From a bacterium (lineage in GTDB: Bacteria > UBA8248): 64,000 bases of DNA. The notes beneath the pieces are model-generated. The model did no database searches, had not been told where the DNA came from, and saw only the letters and a list, made by a program, of their open reading frames with translations. The stretch is taken from the NCBI GenBank assembly GCA_965261085.1, contig OZ253442.1, positions 1,984,001 to 2,048,000 of the forward strand, in the 5' to 3' direction. Position numbers and translations under genes: made by a program. Shown piece by piece: positions 29,560 to 39,485 of this stretch (the stretch's first letter is position 1; the number at the start of each line of letters is the position of its first letter).

Positions 29560-31081
29560 GGGGTTGTTGAAAAACCCCTGACTCTATGCTTGGATGTATG
29601 GATATTACGCGCCCGAGAAGGGAATATCCGCGATGTTGGGACGCAAGAACCGCGCCCAGATGGATTTGTTCATCACCGGTTCGCTGGAGAGGTTGATTCC
29701 CGAGGATCACATATTGGCCCGCGTGAACCGCGTTCTGGACCTGAGTTGGCTGCGCGAGGAAGTGGCGGATTGTTATTGCGCGGACAACGGCCGTCCTGGG
29801 ATCGACCCCGAAGTGGCGGTTCGGTTGATGTTGGCGGGCCTTCTGCTGGGGTTCGTGCACGACCGTCGGTTGATGCGCGAGGCGCAGGTGAACATCGCGA
29901 TCCGGTGGTTCATCGGTTACGGGCTGGAGGATCGGCTGCCGGATCATTCGAGCCTGACGCGGATACGGCAGCGCTGGGGGGAGGCCCGGTTCCGGGAGAT
30001 ATTCCGCCGCACGGTCCGTGCGTGCCTGGATGCGAAGGTGGCCAAGGCCGAAGTCGTGCACGTGGACGCCTCATTGATCCGCGCGGACGTGAGTTGGGAG
30101 AGTCTGGTGGAGCGTCACGTGGACGAGGTGATAGCGGAGAACCCCGTCGAGGAGGAGGCCGGGAAGAAGGGTGGAGGAGGCCGCCGTGGCGGGGGTTCCG
30201 GGAAGGTGAGCCGGACGGACCCGGACGCGCGGCTGGCGAGAACGGGCGGGGGATTCGAGCCGAGCTACAAGCAGCACGCTGTGGTGGACGACACGCGCGG
30301 GGTGGTGCTCGACGTATCGGTGACGGAGGGTACGGTGAACGAGCGTGAGGTGCTCGAATCGCAGGTGGAAGCGGTATGCGAGGTATCGGGGCGCGCGCCC
30401 GCGATGGTGACGGCGGACTCTGGCTACGCCTACTCGAAGGTCTACGCGGCCCTGGAGCGCCGGGGTGTGGCCGCGCTCATTCCGGCGAAGAGGGAACCCT
30501 CGCAGAGCCGTGTTCCGTTGCGCCTGTTCCGCTACGACGCGCGGCACGACATCGTGAAGTGTCCGCGCGGCAAGATACTGAGCCCCCGTCGGCCCGCAAA
30601 GGGGGGGCGTTATTATCGTTCGAAGACCCGTGATTGCGCGGGCTGCGCGCTTCGCGAGGATTGCCTGCCGAAGGCGTGGTCGAGCAAGGTGGTGTTGGTT
30701 CCGCATGCGTATCCGGCGCTGTTGCGCGCGCGCCGGCGCCATGCGCGATGGAGGGAGGAGGAGCGGCGGATGTACCGGCGTCATATGTGGCGCTCGGAGG
30801 GCTACCACGGCGAGGCGAAGACCTGGCACGGGCTTGCGCGCGCGGTGCGGCGCGGTCTTGAGAACATGAAGATACAGTCCTACCTGACGGCGGCGGCGAT
30901 CAACCTCAAGCGGCTCTCCGCCGCACTTGCTGCAAGGTTATTCGCCCTCTGGAGGGCCTGGTCGGCCCGGGAAGAGCCTCTGTGCGTCCATCGCGGCCTC
31001 GCAAGCTGCGCGGGCTTCCTGTCCGCCGCCGCGTGACCCTCCATACCGCCCGCTCCCGAAACCGGGTTATTCAACAACCCC
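29560..31081 (+). mobile_element. IS1182-family insertion sequence, intact
   Basis: TIRs GGGGTTGTTGAAAAACCC / GGGTTATTCAACAACCCC (17/18); 5-bp TSD TCATC (29555-29559, 31082-31086). Confidence 0.93.
29633..31036 (+). CDS. IS1182-family DDE transposase
   Basis: GRPGIDP, PDHSSL, VDAS, TDPDAR, ADSGY, AINLKRL. Confidence 0.92.
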   Translation: MLGRKNRAQMDLFITGSLERLIPEDHILARVNRVLDLSWLREEVADCYCADNGRPGIDPEVAVRLMLAGLLLGFVHDRRLMREAQVNIAIRWFIGYGLEDRLPDHSSLTRIRQRWGEARFREIFRRTVRACLDAKVAKAEVVHVDASLIRADVSWESLVERHVDEVIAENPVEEEAGKKGGGGRRGGGSGKVSRTDPDARLARTGGGFEPSYKQHAVVDDTRGVVLDVSVTEGTVNEREVLESQVEAVCEVSGRAPAMVTADSGYAYSKVYAALERRGVAALIPAKREPSQSRVPLRLFRYDARHDIVKCPRGKILSPRRPAKGGRYYRSKTRDCAGCALREDCLPKAWSSKVVLVPHAYPALLRARRRHARWREEERRMYRRHMWRSEGYHGEAKTWHGLARAVRRGLENMKIQSYLTAAAINLKRLSAALAARLFALWRAWSAREEPLCVHRGLASCAGFLSAAA

Positions 31082-31272
31082 TCATCAGGCGGGATTGACC
31101 CGCGGCAAGCTCTACGGCATTGCCAGGAACGCAGCGCCGGACTTAGGCGAGAAGAACGACCGCAGGTGGCTTATTTGCGGAGTAAAGCGACAACGGCGGT
31201 AAAATCAGCGGGCCTTGAATCGTGGGTCCAGGTAATTCCGTAACCAGTCTCCGACCAGATGCCGCCTCCGGC

Positions 31273-32121
31273 TTAGGCCGCCGCCGTTATCCGCCGCTTG
31301 ATGAATTCGTCAAACTTTTCCACCATCTGCGGCGTGTACCTGGCCCATTCCTCCGGCGGCGCGGAATCAACGTCGAGAACCGGCATACCGAGATCGACCA
31401 GTTCGCTCCCGGGAATGAGCTTCTGGGTGTCGAACGAAGCTTCGCGCCGATGGTGGCGGTCATTCCCGCAGAACAATAGCGCGGGAACCTTTATGTTTCT
31501 CAAGTCCTCCTCGCTCGCTCCGACCATCGGCTGGTTTGCGCCCGATATGAAGGAGATCATCCAGCGCACCATGACTTCGATGAAATCCTTAGGATCCATC
31601 GCCGTCAGGATATCGCGATTTCGTGGATTTTCCCTGATGCGCTCTGAGAAGAACTCCGTTTCGCAGACTGCCTCCATGCCGCCGAGGCCGGCCGCCTTGA
31701 TATATTCGCTGTGATATTGAACGCCGAGATTCAAGGTGGCATACGCGCCTCCGGACATTTTCCAGAGCAACAACCCGGAGACGGCTTCGGGGTGACGGAT
31801 GGCGAAGGTGACCGAGGTCCGGCAGCCGGACGATACGCCGCCGGCGACGCAGGGCTGTGCGCCGAGTTGTTTCGTCAACTCGAACAGATCGTCGGCCCAT
31901 TCGTCGAACTCGGAAACACCGCCCGAGATTCCGACATCCGACGCGCCGCAATTGCGGCGATCAAAAATCAGGACGCGATAGCCCTTTCCGGCGAGCGCCT
32001 CGGCCATCTCCTGAATCCCTTCCATCCCCCGCCGTCCTCCGGGCGCCAACGCAACCCAGGAGCCCGTATCCCCAAGCACTTCGTAGTTCATCTGAATTCC
32101 GCGTATCTGCACTACCGGCAT
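31273..32121 (-). CDS. Alpha/beta hydrolase
   Basis: DRRNCGASD, GGVSSG nucleophile elbow. Confidence 0.85.
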   Translation of the reverse strand: MPVVQIRGIQMNYEVLGDTGSWVALAPGGRRGMEGIQEMAEALAGKGYRVLIFDRRNCGASDVGISGGVSEFDEWADDLFELTKQLGAQPCVAGGVSSGCRTSVTFAIRHPEAVSGLLLWKMSGGAYATLNLGVQYHSEYIKAAGLGGMEAVCETEFFSERIRENPRNRDILTAMDPKDFIEVMVRWMISFISGANQPMVGASEEDLRNIKVPALLFCGNDRHHRREASFDTQKLIPGSELVDLGMPVLDVDSAPPEEWARYTPQMVEKFDEFIKRRITAAA

Positions 32122-32178
32122 TGTTGGTTACCCCCTGAACGGCTTGCATGTCTAATTTCGAGACACCTATGCCTCGCG

Positions 32179-32658
32179 TCAGCCGGTGGCCTCGAGTTCT
32201 TTACCGTTGATAACGACGGGATCGGCGGCTAGAAGCGTGAACGCGATAACACAGGGCTCCGTACCGTTATTGATCCAGTTGTGAATCGCGCCATGCTGCA
32301 CACACACATCGCCTTCCTTCAGATGTACGATGACGCCATCATCGAGTTCCATGTCTATCTCGCCCTTCATGATCACCACGTAGTCGAGCGAATGGGTCCG
32401 GTGCATTCGGGCCGTAACGCCGGGACTGTATTTCGTGACCCTGATCTTCGAGGCCGTCGAACCCGGCGGCCCGGATTCCATCGCCTTGCCGTCGGCGCCG
32501 GTATTCAGGTCGGCCGGATATACGTCGGTAGCCCATATGCCATGCCCCTCGTTTCCGGGCCTGTTTGAGCGGGGCTCGCTCATCAGCTCGTCGATCTTGA
32601 CGACAGCCTTGCCGTTCTCATCGTGCCCGGTAACGACCCGTCTTACCGAAAATGCCAC
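32179..32658 (-). CDS. Cupin domain protein
   Basis: RRVVTGHDENG, MHRTHSLDY, HNWIN. Confidence 0.88.
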   Translation of the reverse strand: MAFSVRRVVTGHDENGKAVVKIDELMSEPRSNRPGNEGHGIWATDVYPADLNTGADGKAMESGPPGSTASKIRVTKYSPGVTARMHRTHSLDYVVIMKGEIDMELDDGVIVHLKEGDVCVQHGAIHNWINNGTEPCVIAFTLLAADPVVINGKELEATG

Positions 32659-32688
32659 CTTTGTATCTCCTTTTCCCTCATGAGCCCG

Positions 32689-33570
32689 TCACTGGCGTTT
32701 CCCTGTTTCCCCGTGCGCATTGGAGCCATGCGCGCCATCAACGGAAAACAGCAATTGATTCCTGGATGGCGGCATATACCTATCTCTGAGATGCCTGAGG
32801 CCCGGGCCAAACGATTTTTCAAGAATTTTGCTATGTTTCCCGTAAATTTCAGCCAAATAGAACTCATGAAGAAAATATCCTTCGATCACATAGACCATGG
32901 ACTGATTGCGAGAATAGGAACCTCCCCATTCCTCTCCCGAAACGGCTACCAGCATATCGGTGGAATCCACCGACATCGAAATTTTGGTATTGGACAAAGA
33001 GGTGACTTTGATGCCGGTGCTCTCGTGGGGGATCACGATAAATTCAGGATACCGTTCGATTTTTTCGGCAGCGTCATTATAGAGAATCAGTATGACCTCG
33101 ACTCCACGGCCCGCCGCGCTTTTGAGGTCTTCCAAATAAGAATCGACCGCTCCCTCAAACGCTTTTATCCAGACGTGGCGTTTTGCGCCTGCAATCATTT
33201 CCGAAATTTTATTTTGAATTTTCTTTTTTCCAACCAACATCCAGATATACATCTGATCGTTCGAATCGGACTTCTTCTTCAAAACCGTGGAAAGTTCATC
33301 GCAAATCTTCCGGGTATTATCGACGACGCCCAGGAGATATTCCTCGGGATCGCGGGGGATGTATCGCACGGGGTCTTCACTAATGGGCTGCACAGCTCCT
33401 TTTGACTCCAAGGATTTAAGAACGTCATACGCATTGCTTCGGGGAAGCTGGGCAGCCTTGCTTATTTCGTAGCCGGTCGCGGGGTGGCGTTCACAAATGG
33501 CCAGATAAACACGGGATTCATGATCGGTAAAACCGAGTTGTCTCAGGCTATGTAGAATCTCCTGCGACAT
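32689..33570 (-). CDS. TrmB family transcriptional regulator
   Basis: LGFTDHESRVY...GYEISK...PRSNAYDVL; start uncertain (33570 or 33621). Confidence 0.85.
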   Translation of the reverse strand: MSQEILHSLRQLGFTDHESRVYLAICERHPATGYEISKAAQLPRSNAYDVLKSLESKGAVQPISEDPVRYIPRDPEEYLLGVVDNTRKICDELSTVLKKKSDSNDQMYIWMLVGKKKIQNKISEMIAGAKRHVWIKAFEGAVDSYLEDLKSAAGRGVEVILILYNDAAEKIERYPEFIVIPHESTGIKVTSLSNTKISMSVDSTDMLVAVSGEEWGGSYSRNQSMVYVIEGYFLHEFYLAEIYGKHSKILEKSFGPGLRHLRDRYMPPSRNQLLFSVDGAHGSNAHGETGKRQ

Positions 33571-34302
33571 TGGCGGGGTCTCAGCGACGACATTTACTAC
33601 CTTTCCACTTGATCGGACCATTCAGATTCTCCGCTTGTCCATACATTTCTTCCGCACCGCAAATCGCCGTAAACAGATCAAGAACACCAACAGCAAACCC
33701 AACCGCAAGCGCTTCCGGTATTTCCCTGATGTGGTTGATCTGAAAATTTGACACCAAAACATCTTGCGTCTTGCGGATACCTGGCCTTATCTCTCTAAAG
33801 ACACGCCAACGACTCACGACCCGGCGGCTTTTTCGTCTGGAATGCATCAAATTTAGATTTTATTCGTTGTATTTGCAACTACTATATGAAAAGAATAGTT
33901 CTCCTTCCGCCCGTTTAGAGGCGGAGAGCGGTCTTCATCGGCGGTGAAATCCCGTTATCCTGTTGATGTCATTGGGGAATATTCGTTGTCCCGGTCTCGT
34001 TCGGGATTCGTAGTCCGCAGGATGTAATCAAAACGAAAGCGGATTCCTTAAAACTCCTGCGCACCTCAGAGCGCCCTTGTCGGACCATTGAGTAGTCAGC
34101 ACTAAATTCCGGCTTACTTCCGGTCATGATCCGCTCCGCCGCCTCCGGGAACGTCGGCTCAGGGACCACCGCTCCGCGCTCTCGTTTCAATGTAAGGTCC
34201 ATGCGATCCTGACAGATAGAACAGGCGCAACCGCCGGCCAAGTAAGATAATAGACAGAGCGCCAGGAGATTTAACTCTGATTACAGCGGGCCATCGTTTG
34301 AA

Positions 34303-35994
34303 TCAGAAAACCGGCGTCTCCCGGTAGGTGCCCCAGACCGACTTCAGTTTCTCGACGATATCTCCCATTGTTGCGCCCTCGCGCACAAGTTCAATGGTGA
34401 TGGGCATGATGTTCCGCGTCTCGTCCTTTGCGACCGAGACGAGCTTGTCCAGAAGCATCTCGACCTTGGCGTTGTCGCGTTCCTCGCGCACCCTTTTCGT
34501 CCGCGCGATCTGCCGATCGGCGGTCGTGGAATCATAGGGATGGGTCTCAATCTCCTGGTTTTCGTCCTCCTCGACCATGGTGTTGACCCCGATGACCGGC
34601 TTTTCACCGGATTGCTTGCGCAAGGCGGTCTCATAGGCGAAGTCGGCGATCTGCTTCTGGAACCAGCCTTCCTCGATCAATTTGATCGTGCCGCCATTTT
34701 CATCCACATAGTCGAGAATCTCGAAAATGCGCGTCTCGAACTCGTTGGTCAGGCTCTCGACATAGTAGGAACCGCCCACCGGATCGATGACGTTGGCGAC
34801 GTTTGTTTCCTCTGCAATTATCTGCTGCGTGCGCAAGGCCATCCGCATGGCGTCCTCGGTCGGAATCGCGAACGCTTCGTCATAGCCGTTTGTGTGCAGC
34901 GACTGGCAACCGCCAAGGACTGCGGCGAGGGCCTGGAACGCAGTGCGCACGATGTTGATCCGGTATTGCGGCTTGGTCAGGGTCGCGGCCGCGGTCTGGC
35001 AATGGAAACGAAGCCGCATCGATTCCGGGTTCTTTGCGCCAAAGCGCTCTTTCATGATCTTGGCGTAACAGCGGCGCAGCGCCCGGAACTTGGCGATCTC
35101 CTCGAACAGGTCCGCTTGCGAGACGTAGAAGAAAGCAAGCCTCGGCGCGAACTCGTCGACGTTCATGCCGATCTTTAGCACCTCCTCCACGTAGACGATC
35201 AGGTTGGCCATGGTGAAGGCGGCCTCATGCAAAGGCGAGGAGCCGGCCTCCGAGATGTGATAACCCGAGATATTGATCGGGTTGTACCGCTTCATATTGC
35301 GGCCGCAGAAGGATATGCAATCGCGCACGATGCGGACCGATGGCGCGATCGGATAGATCCACTCCTTCTGCGACATATACTCTTTCAGTATGTCCGCCTG
35401 GATGGTGCCTGAGAGCTTGTTAAGGTCGAGGCCGCGCTTCTCGGCCAGCGCCACATACATGGCGAGCAAGATCCAGGCACTGGGGTTGATGGTCATCGAT
35501 ACGGAGATGTTCTCGAGATCGATGCCGTCGAACAGCGCCTCCATGTCGGCGAGCGTATCCACGGCCACGCCTTCGCGGCCCACCTCGCCCTCGCTCAGCG
35601 GATGGTCGGAGTCGTAGCCCATGAGCGTGGGCATATCGAAGTCGGTCGATAGTCCTGTCTGCCCCTGCGAGATCAGATATTTGAAGCGTTTGTTGGTGTC
35701 TTCGCCAGTACCGAAACCGGCGATCTGGCGCATGGTCCACACCCGACTGCGATACATCGTCGGGTAGGGCCCGCGCGTAAAGGGATAGCGCCCCGGCAGA
35801 CCGATATCCTCGAGTGGCGTTTCAGCAATATCGGCAGCGGTATAGACACGCTGCACTGGAAAATCGCCGATTGTGAAGAATTGCTCCTTGCGCTCGGCTT
35901 GTTTCTTCAGGAAGGCAGCGACCTCGTTGCTCTCCCAATGCTCGAACTCGCTCCGGAGTTTCTCAAGTGAATTTAGAGTGAACATCTCGTTCAT
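34303..35994 (-). CDS. hcmA: 2-hydroxyisobutyryl-CoA mutase large subunit
   Basis: TMRQIAGFG (Ile where MCM has Tyr), STDFD; ends GTYRETPVF; ~563 aa, resembles Aquincola HcmA as recalled. Confidence 0.88.
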   Translation of the reverse strand: MNEMFTLNSLEKLRSEFEHWESNEVAAFLKKQAERKEQFFTIGDFPVQRVYTAADIAETPLEDIGLPGRYPFTRGPYPTMYRSRVWTMRQIAGFGTGEDTNKRFKYLISQGQTGLSTDFDMPTLMGYDSDHPLSEGEVGREGVAVDTLADMEALFDGIDLENISVSMTINPSAWILLAMYVALAEKRGLDLNKLSGTIQADILKEYMSQKEWIYPIAPSVRIVRDCISFCGRNMKRYNPINISGYHISEAGSSPLHEAAFTMANLIVYVEEVLKIGMNVDEFAPRLAFFYVSQADLFEEIAKFRALRRCYAKIMKERFGAKNPESMRLRFHCQTAAATLTKPQYRINIVRTAFQALAAVLGGCQSLHTNGYDEAFAIPTEDAMRMALRTQQIIAEETNVANVIDPVGGSYYVESLTNEFETRIFEILDYVDENGGTIKLIEEGWFQKQIADFAYETALRKQSGEKPVIGVNTMVEEDENQEIETHPYDSTTADRQIARTKRVREERDNAKVEMLLDKLVSVAKDETRNIMPITIELVREGATMGDIVEKLKSVWGTYRETPVF

Positions 35995-36967
35995 GGTCTC
36001 CCTCTCTTTCGAGCGTCGTCGAGAGCAATTCTTCCGCCAGAGAATAGGGATCGCTCTCTCGGCGCATAAGCTGTTCGGCAAGTTTCGCGCTCGCCGCCGC
36101 CGTAGCAACGTTAAATCGATCATACAAAAGATTTTCGGCGGTCTTGCGCAGCCGGAATTCTGCGATGCTTTTGCGCCGCGCCCGGCCCGCATCAGTATCT
36201 GAGGTCACATCGCGATGCCGGGCAATCGCCTTCAGCAGCTCGTCGAGCCCTTCTCCGGAAACAGAGCTGGTGCCGATCACGGAGACAGCCCAGTCGGATG
36301 GTTCGTGCTCGCGCATTCCGAGCGTCAGCATTTGCTTCAAATCGGTCAGCGTCCGATTGGCGTCGCTGCGGTCGCATTTCGACACTACATGGATGTCGGC
36401 GATCTCCAGAATGCCCGCCTTGATCGCCTGGATCTCGTCGCCAAGGCCGGGCGCGGAAACCACTACCGTGGTGTGGGAAGCCCGCACGATCTCGACCTCG
36501 TCCTGGCCCACGCCAACGGTTTCCAGAATGATGACCCCAAAACCGGCGGCATCAAGAATATCGACCGCCTCGAGAGCCGCGCGCGCCATGCCGCCAGTCG
36601 CCCCGTGAGTCGCCATGCTGCGGATATAAATGCCGGGATCGACCCCTATGTCGCTCATGCGAATGCGGTCTCCCAGGATGGAGCCGCCCGAAAAGGGAGA
36701 GGATGGATCAATCGCAATGATGCCGACCTTGTCGCCGCTGGCACGCAGTCTTTGCGCCAGATGGCTAACGAGCGTGGATTTTCCGCTGCCGGGTACCCCG
36801 GTTACGCCAACGACATGCGCTCGTCCGGCAAGTTTGTGAATCTGGGCGAGTGCGTCACGCGCTTCCGCCAGGCCCGACTCCGCGCGCGATATGAGGCGAC
36901 CGATCGCGGCCGGCTCGCCTGTTTGAACGCGAGAAATGAGTTCCACGGAAGGGACATAGACTCCCAT
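35963..36967 (-). CDS. meaH: MeaB/MeaH G-protein chaperone of B12 mutase
   Basis: GVPGSGKS, DPSSPFSGGSILGDRIRM, ETVGVGQDE. Confidence 0.9.
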   Translation of the reverse strand: MGVYVPSVELISRVQTGEPAAIGRLISRAESGLAEARDALAQIHKLAGRAHVVGVTGVPGSGKSTLVSHLAQRLRASGDKVGIIAIDPSSPFSGGSILGDRIRMSDIGVDPGIYIRSMATHGATGGMARAALEAVDILDAAGFGVIILETVGVGQDEVEIVRASHTTVVVSAPGLGDEIQAIKAGILEIADIHVVSKCDRSDANRTLTDLKQMLTLGMREHEPSDWAVSVIGTSSVSGEGLDELLKAIARHRDVTSDTDAGRARRKSIAEFRLRKTAENLLYDRFNVATAAASAKLAEQLMRRESDPYSLAEELLSTTLEREGDHERDVHSKFT

Positions 36968-38397
36968 CAGCGGTTTTCTTCATCCAGTTGTGTTTGCATC
37001 TCCTGGAAGACGGCCCTATCGTCGATCACGCGGCGCGCCTTGAAATCCGTTCGGGGGATCGAGCCCGGCTCGACGATCTCCACGGCCGTCCGCAGCCCGA
37101 GCACCTTCTGCAATTGGCGCTCAACCTCAGTGCAGAACCGGGCGGCGCCGTCAGCATTGGCGAAGGTCTCGGTGTCGGCCTCGACGCTCAACAGTAACTC
37201 GTCCATTGCCGCCTCGCGGCTGATCACGATCCGGTGCTCTCCGCCATAGTGCGCAAGTTCGTTGAGCGCGGCGTCTATCTCGCTTGGATAAACATTCTCG
37301 CCGCGGATCGTGAACATGTCATCGATGCGCCCGAAAATACCGTGCGGCAGGCGCGGATAGGTCCGTCCACACGGGTTCAGTTCGTTGACCCATCGAGTCA
37401 GGTCCCCCGACGCCAGGCGGATCATTGGCTGAGACACGCGTTCGAGATGGGTGTACACAGGCGTTCCTCGTTCCCCGTAGGGGACCCGACGCATGGTTTC
37501 GGGATCGCACACTTCCGTGTAGACGACGTCCTGCCAGCAGAGCATTCCGTCCGTCTCGGCCGAACTTGCCACGTTCATCCACGGACTCATCTCGGCCATG
37601 GAGCCGCTGTCGTAAACCTTGGCCCCGTAGAGCCCCTCGATGCGCTCGCGGATGGCCGGGATCGAGGCGCCGGGCTCACCGGAAAAGAACATGATTTTGA
37701 GCTGCATGTCGCGAGGGTTCAGGCCCTCGTCTTCCGCGACCTGGGCGAGGCGCAGGGCGTAGGTCGGCGTACCGTAGAAGGCGGTGGGCTTCAGCATGTC
37801 GAGCCATTGCACGCAGCGCGCCGACATGCCAGACGCGCCGGCGCCAAACGGGAAAGATTTCGCACCGAGGCGTTCTGCGCCGGCGAGCGCCCCCCAGCTC
37901 CCCATATAGAGAGAAAATACAGCGGCAATACAAATCGTATCCCCGGGGCGCAGACCCATGCTCCACATGATACGCGCATGCGCGTTGGCTATAGCGCGCC
38001 AGTCGCCCTGTGAGATGGCGAAGGCAGTGGGTCGCCCGGTCGTGCCACTGGTGCCATGGATGTGAAAGACATCGTCTTCGCCCACGCAGAGGTAATCACC
38101 AAAGGGCGGATTGCGTTCCTGGGCCTCGCGCAGGTCCTTCTTGGTAAGGACCGGGACCTTCTCCTCGAAGTCCTCAAGCGACTTAAGCCGGCTCGGGTGA
38201 AAACCGGCCTCATCCCATTTGTGGCGATAGAGGGCTGCATGCTCGTAGGCATAGGCGCAGACTTGCTGAAGGCGCCCCAGGATGGCCTTCTCCCGGTCTC
38301 CCGCCGGCATTGTCTCCCGCCGGGGGAACCAGTAGCGGCTATCTGGAGCCGGCAGAAAGTTCTCGTCGTAAGCGGGTGGGAATGACCAGGACTCCAT
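36967..38397 (-). CDS. hcl: 2-hydroxyisobutyrate-CoA ligase (PaaK-like)
   Basis: HGTSGTTGRP, GRIDDM; N-terminus PAPDSRYWFPRRETMP resembles HCL as recalled. Confidence 0.85.
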   Translation of the reverse strand: MESWSFPPAYDENFLPAPDSRYWFPRRETMPAGDREKAILGRLQQVCAYAYEHAALYRHKWDEAGFHPSRLKSLEDFEEKVPVLTKKDLREAQERNPPFGDYLCVGEDDVFHIHGTSGTTGRPTAFAISQGDWRAIANAHARIMWSMGLRPGDTICIAAVFSLYMGSWGALAGAERLGAKSFPFGAGASGMSARCVQWLDMLKPTAFYGTPTYALRLAQVAEDEGLNPRDMQLKIMFFSGEPGASIPAIRERIEGLYGAKVYDSGSMAEMSPWMNVASSAETDGMLCWQDVVYTEVCDPETMRRVPYGERGTPVYTHLERVSQPMIRLASGDLTRWVNELNPCGRTYPRLPHGIFGRIDDMFTIRGENVYPSEIDAALNELAHYGGEHRIVISREAAMDELLLSVEADTETFANADGAARFCTEVERQLQKVLGLRTAVEIVEPGSIPRTDFKARRVIDDRAVFQEMQTQLDEENR

Positions 38398-38407
38398 GGA
38401 TATAGGC

Positions 38408-38815
38408 TCAGCGCGCGCCGCGCTCCTCCACGAGACGGGTCAGTGTATCGATAATCGTTTGCGGTGGCGTATCCTGCAGCAACACCTTGCTTACCCCCAT
38501 TTTCTTGAGCTGGACCACATCTTCGTCCGGCATAACACCGCCGGCCACGACGATCATGTCATCGGCGCCGTTGGTCCGAAGCAGTTCGAATATCTTGGGG
38601 AACACCGTCATCTGCACACCGGACAAGAGACTTACGCCGAGCACGTCAACGTCTTCCTGTACGGCAGCGGTCACCAACTCTTCCGGTGAGCGGTGAAGGC
38701 CAGTGTAGATCACGTCCATACCGGCGTCCCGCAGGGCACGGGCGACGATCTTGACGCCTCGGTCGTGACCGTCGAGACCCACCTTCGCCAGCAGGACGCG
38801 AATTGGTTGACTCAT
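38408..38815 (-). CDS. hcmB: B12-binding small subunit of hydroxyisobutyryl-CoA mutase
   Basis: GLDGHDRG DxHxxG motif, SLLSG. Confidence 0.88.
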   Translation of the reverse strand: MSQPIRVLLAKVGLDGHDRGVKIVARALRDAGMDVIYTGLHRSPEELVTAAVQEDVDVLGVSLLSGVQMTVFPKIFELLRTNGADDMIVVAGGVMPDEDVVQLKKMGVSKVLLQDTPPQTIIDTLTRLVEERGAR

Positions 38816-38839
38816 GGGGCGTTCCTCGTCGAGCTCTTA

Positions 38840-38890
38840 TTTGTATACGAAAACAGTAAACAACCTGCACAAAAAGCACCATACTGTCAA
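38840..38890 (-). promoter_or_regulatory. Putative hcm promoter with GntR/FadR-like box
   Basis: TTGACA at 38885-38890 (minus); TTGTATACGA palindrome-like at 38841-38850. Confidence 0.4.
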
Positions 38891-38972
38891 GGGAAACAGA
38901 ATCGACTCGCAGGAAGGAACGATCTCCTGGACGCTCTTGCTCACCCGAAGACACTCGTTGTGAAGTGACAAA

Positions 38973-39255
38973 AATAATTGCGAACGGCCTGGAAAAACCG
39001 CTGAATTTCCAGGCTGTTTCGCCCTGGAAAAATTGCCGGTTTTCGGGGGTTTTCGGGCCGAAAAACGCTCTTTAAAAGCGGCATCGCGCGCCCTGAAGCG
39101 GGCATTTAATCCCCTCGGCATTTGAAACACGCCCCGCATGGGCCGAAGCCCCCCTGGCCGTCGGGTTGAGGGTCGCGGCAGGAGACGGCGAGCTCGACGA
39201 GCACCCGGGGCGCCATGGGGCGGGTCTGCGCTTTCGAGACGGGATTCGGCCAGCC
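38973..39255. repeat. Direct repeat copy 1 (~280 bp), element-end-like
   Basis: Near-identical to 41747-42020. Confidence 0.92.
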
Positions 39256-39360
39256 GAACGGATCGGCCCACTCCCAGGGATGAGCGCGCATGGCGGCGAT
39301 GGCGTCGTGAAAGGCCGTCCAGGCGCTCCGGCGCGTGGCTCGCTCCGCGGCGTAGGCCGG
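39106..39360 (-). pseudogene. QueC-like C-terminal fragment
   Basis: SKAQ...LAVSCRDP...PCGACFKC matches QueC Zn-binding C-terminus; no intact 5' part. Confidence 0.5.
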
Positions 39361-39485
39361 CCTATGAGCGGGAGCGTAGCGCCAAACCCGGCGCGGTTCA
39401 GCGTGACAGCGATGTTCTCTGTTACAAATCTATGGTATAAAGAATCATGGAACTTCCTAGTTTAAGATAAGAAAGAGAGCAGCCA

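Noticed and set aside
29404-30348. 314-aa ORF overlapping the IS1182 transposase
   Set aside because: Alternative frame crossing the IS boundary, low-complexity Arg/Gly/Pro
34125-34202. Possible P4-like integrase fragment (KRERGAVVPEPTFPEAAERIM, minus strand)
   Set aside because: Too short to support without a search
35995-36192. Extended N-termini given by the ORF track (hcmA, and likewise pgk, oppC, TauE 54198, MBL 60854, ligase 58891)
   Set aside because: They overlap upstream genes; downstream starts with SD and family-typical lengths fit better
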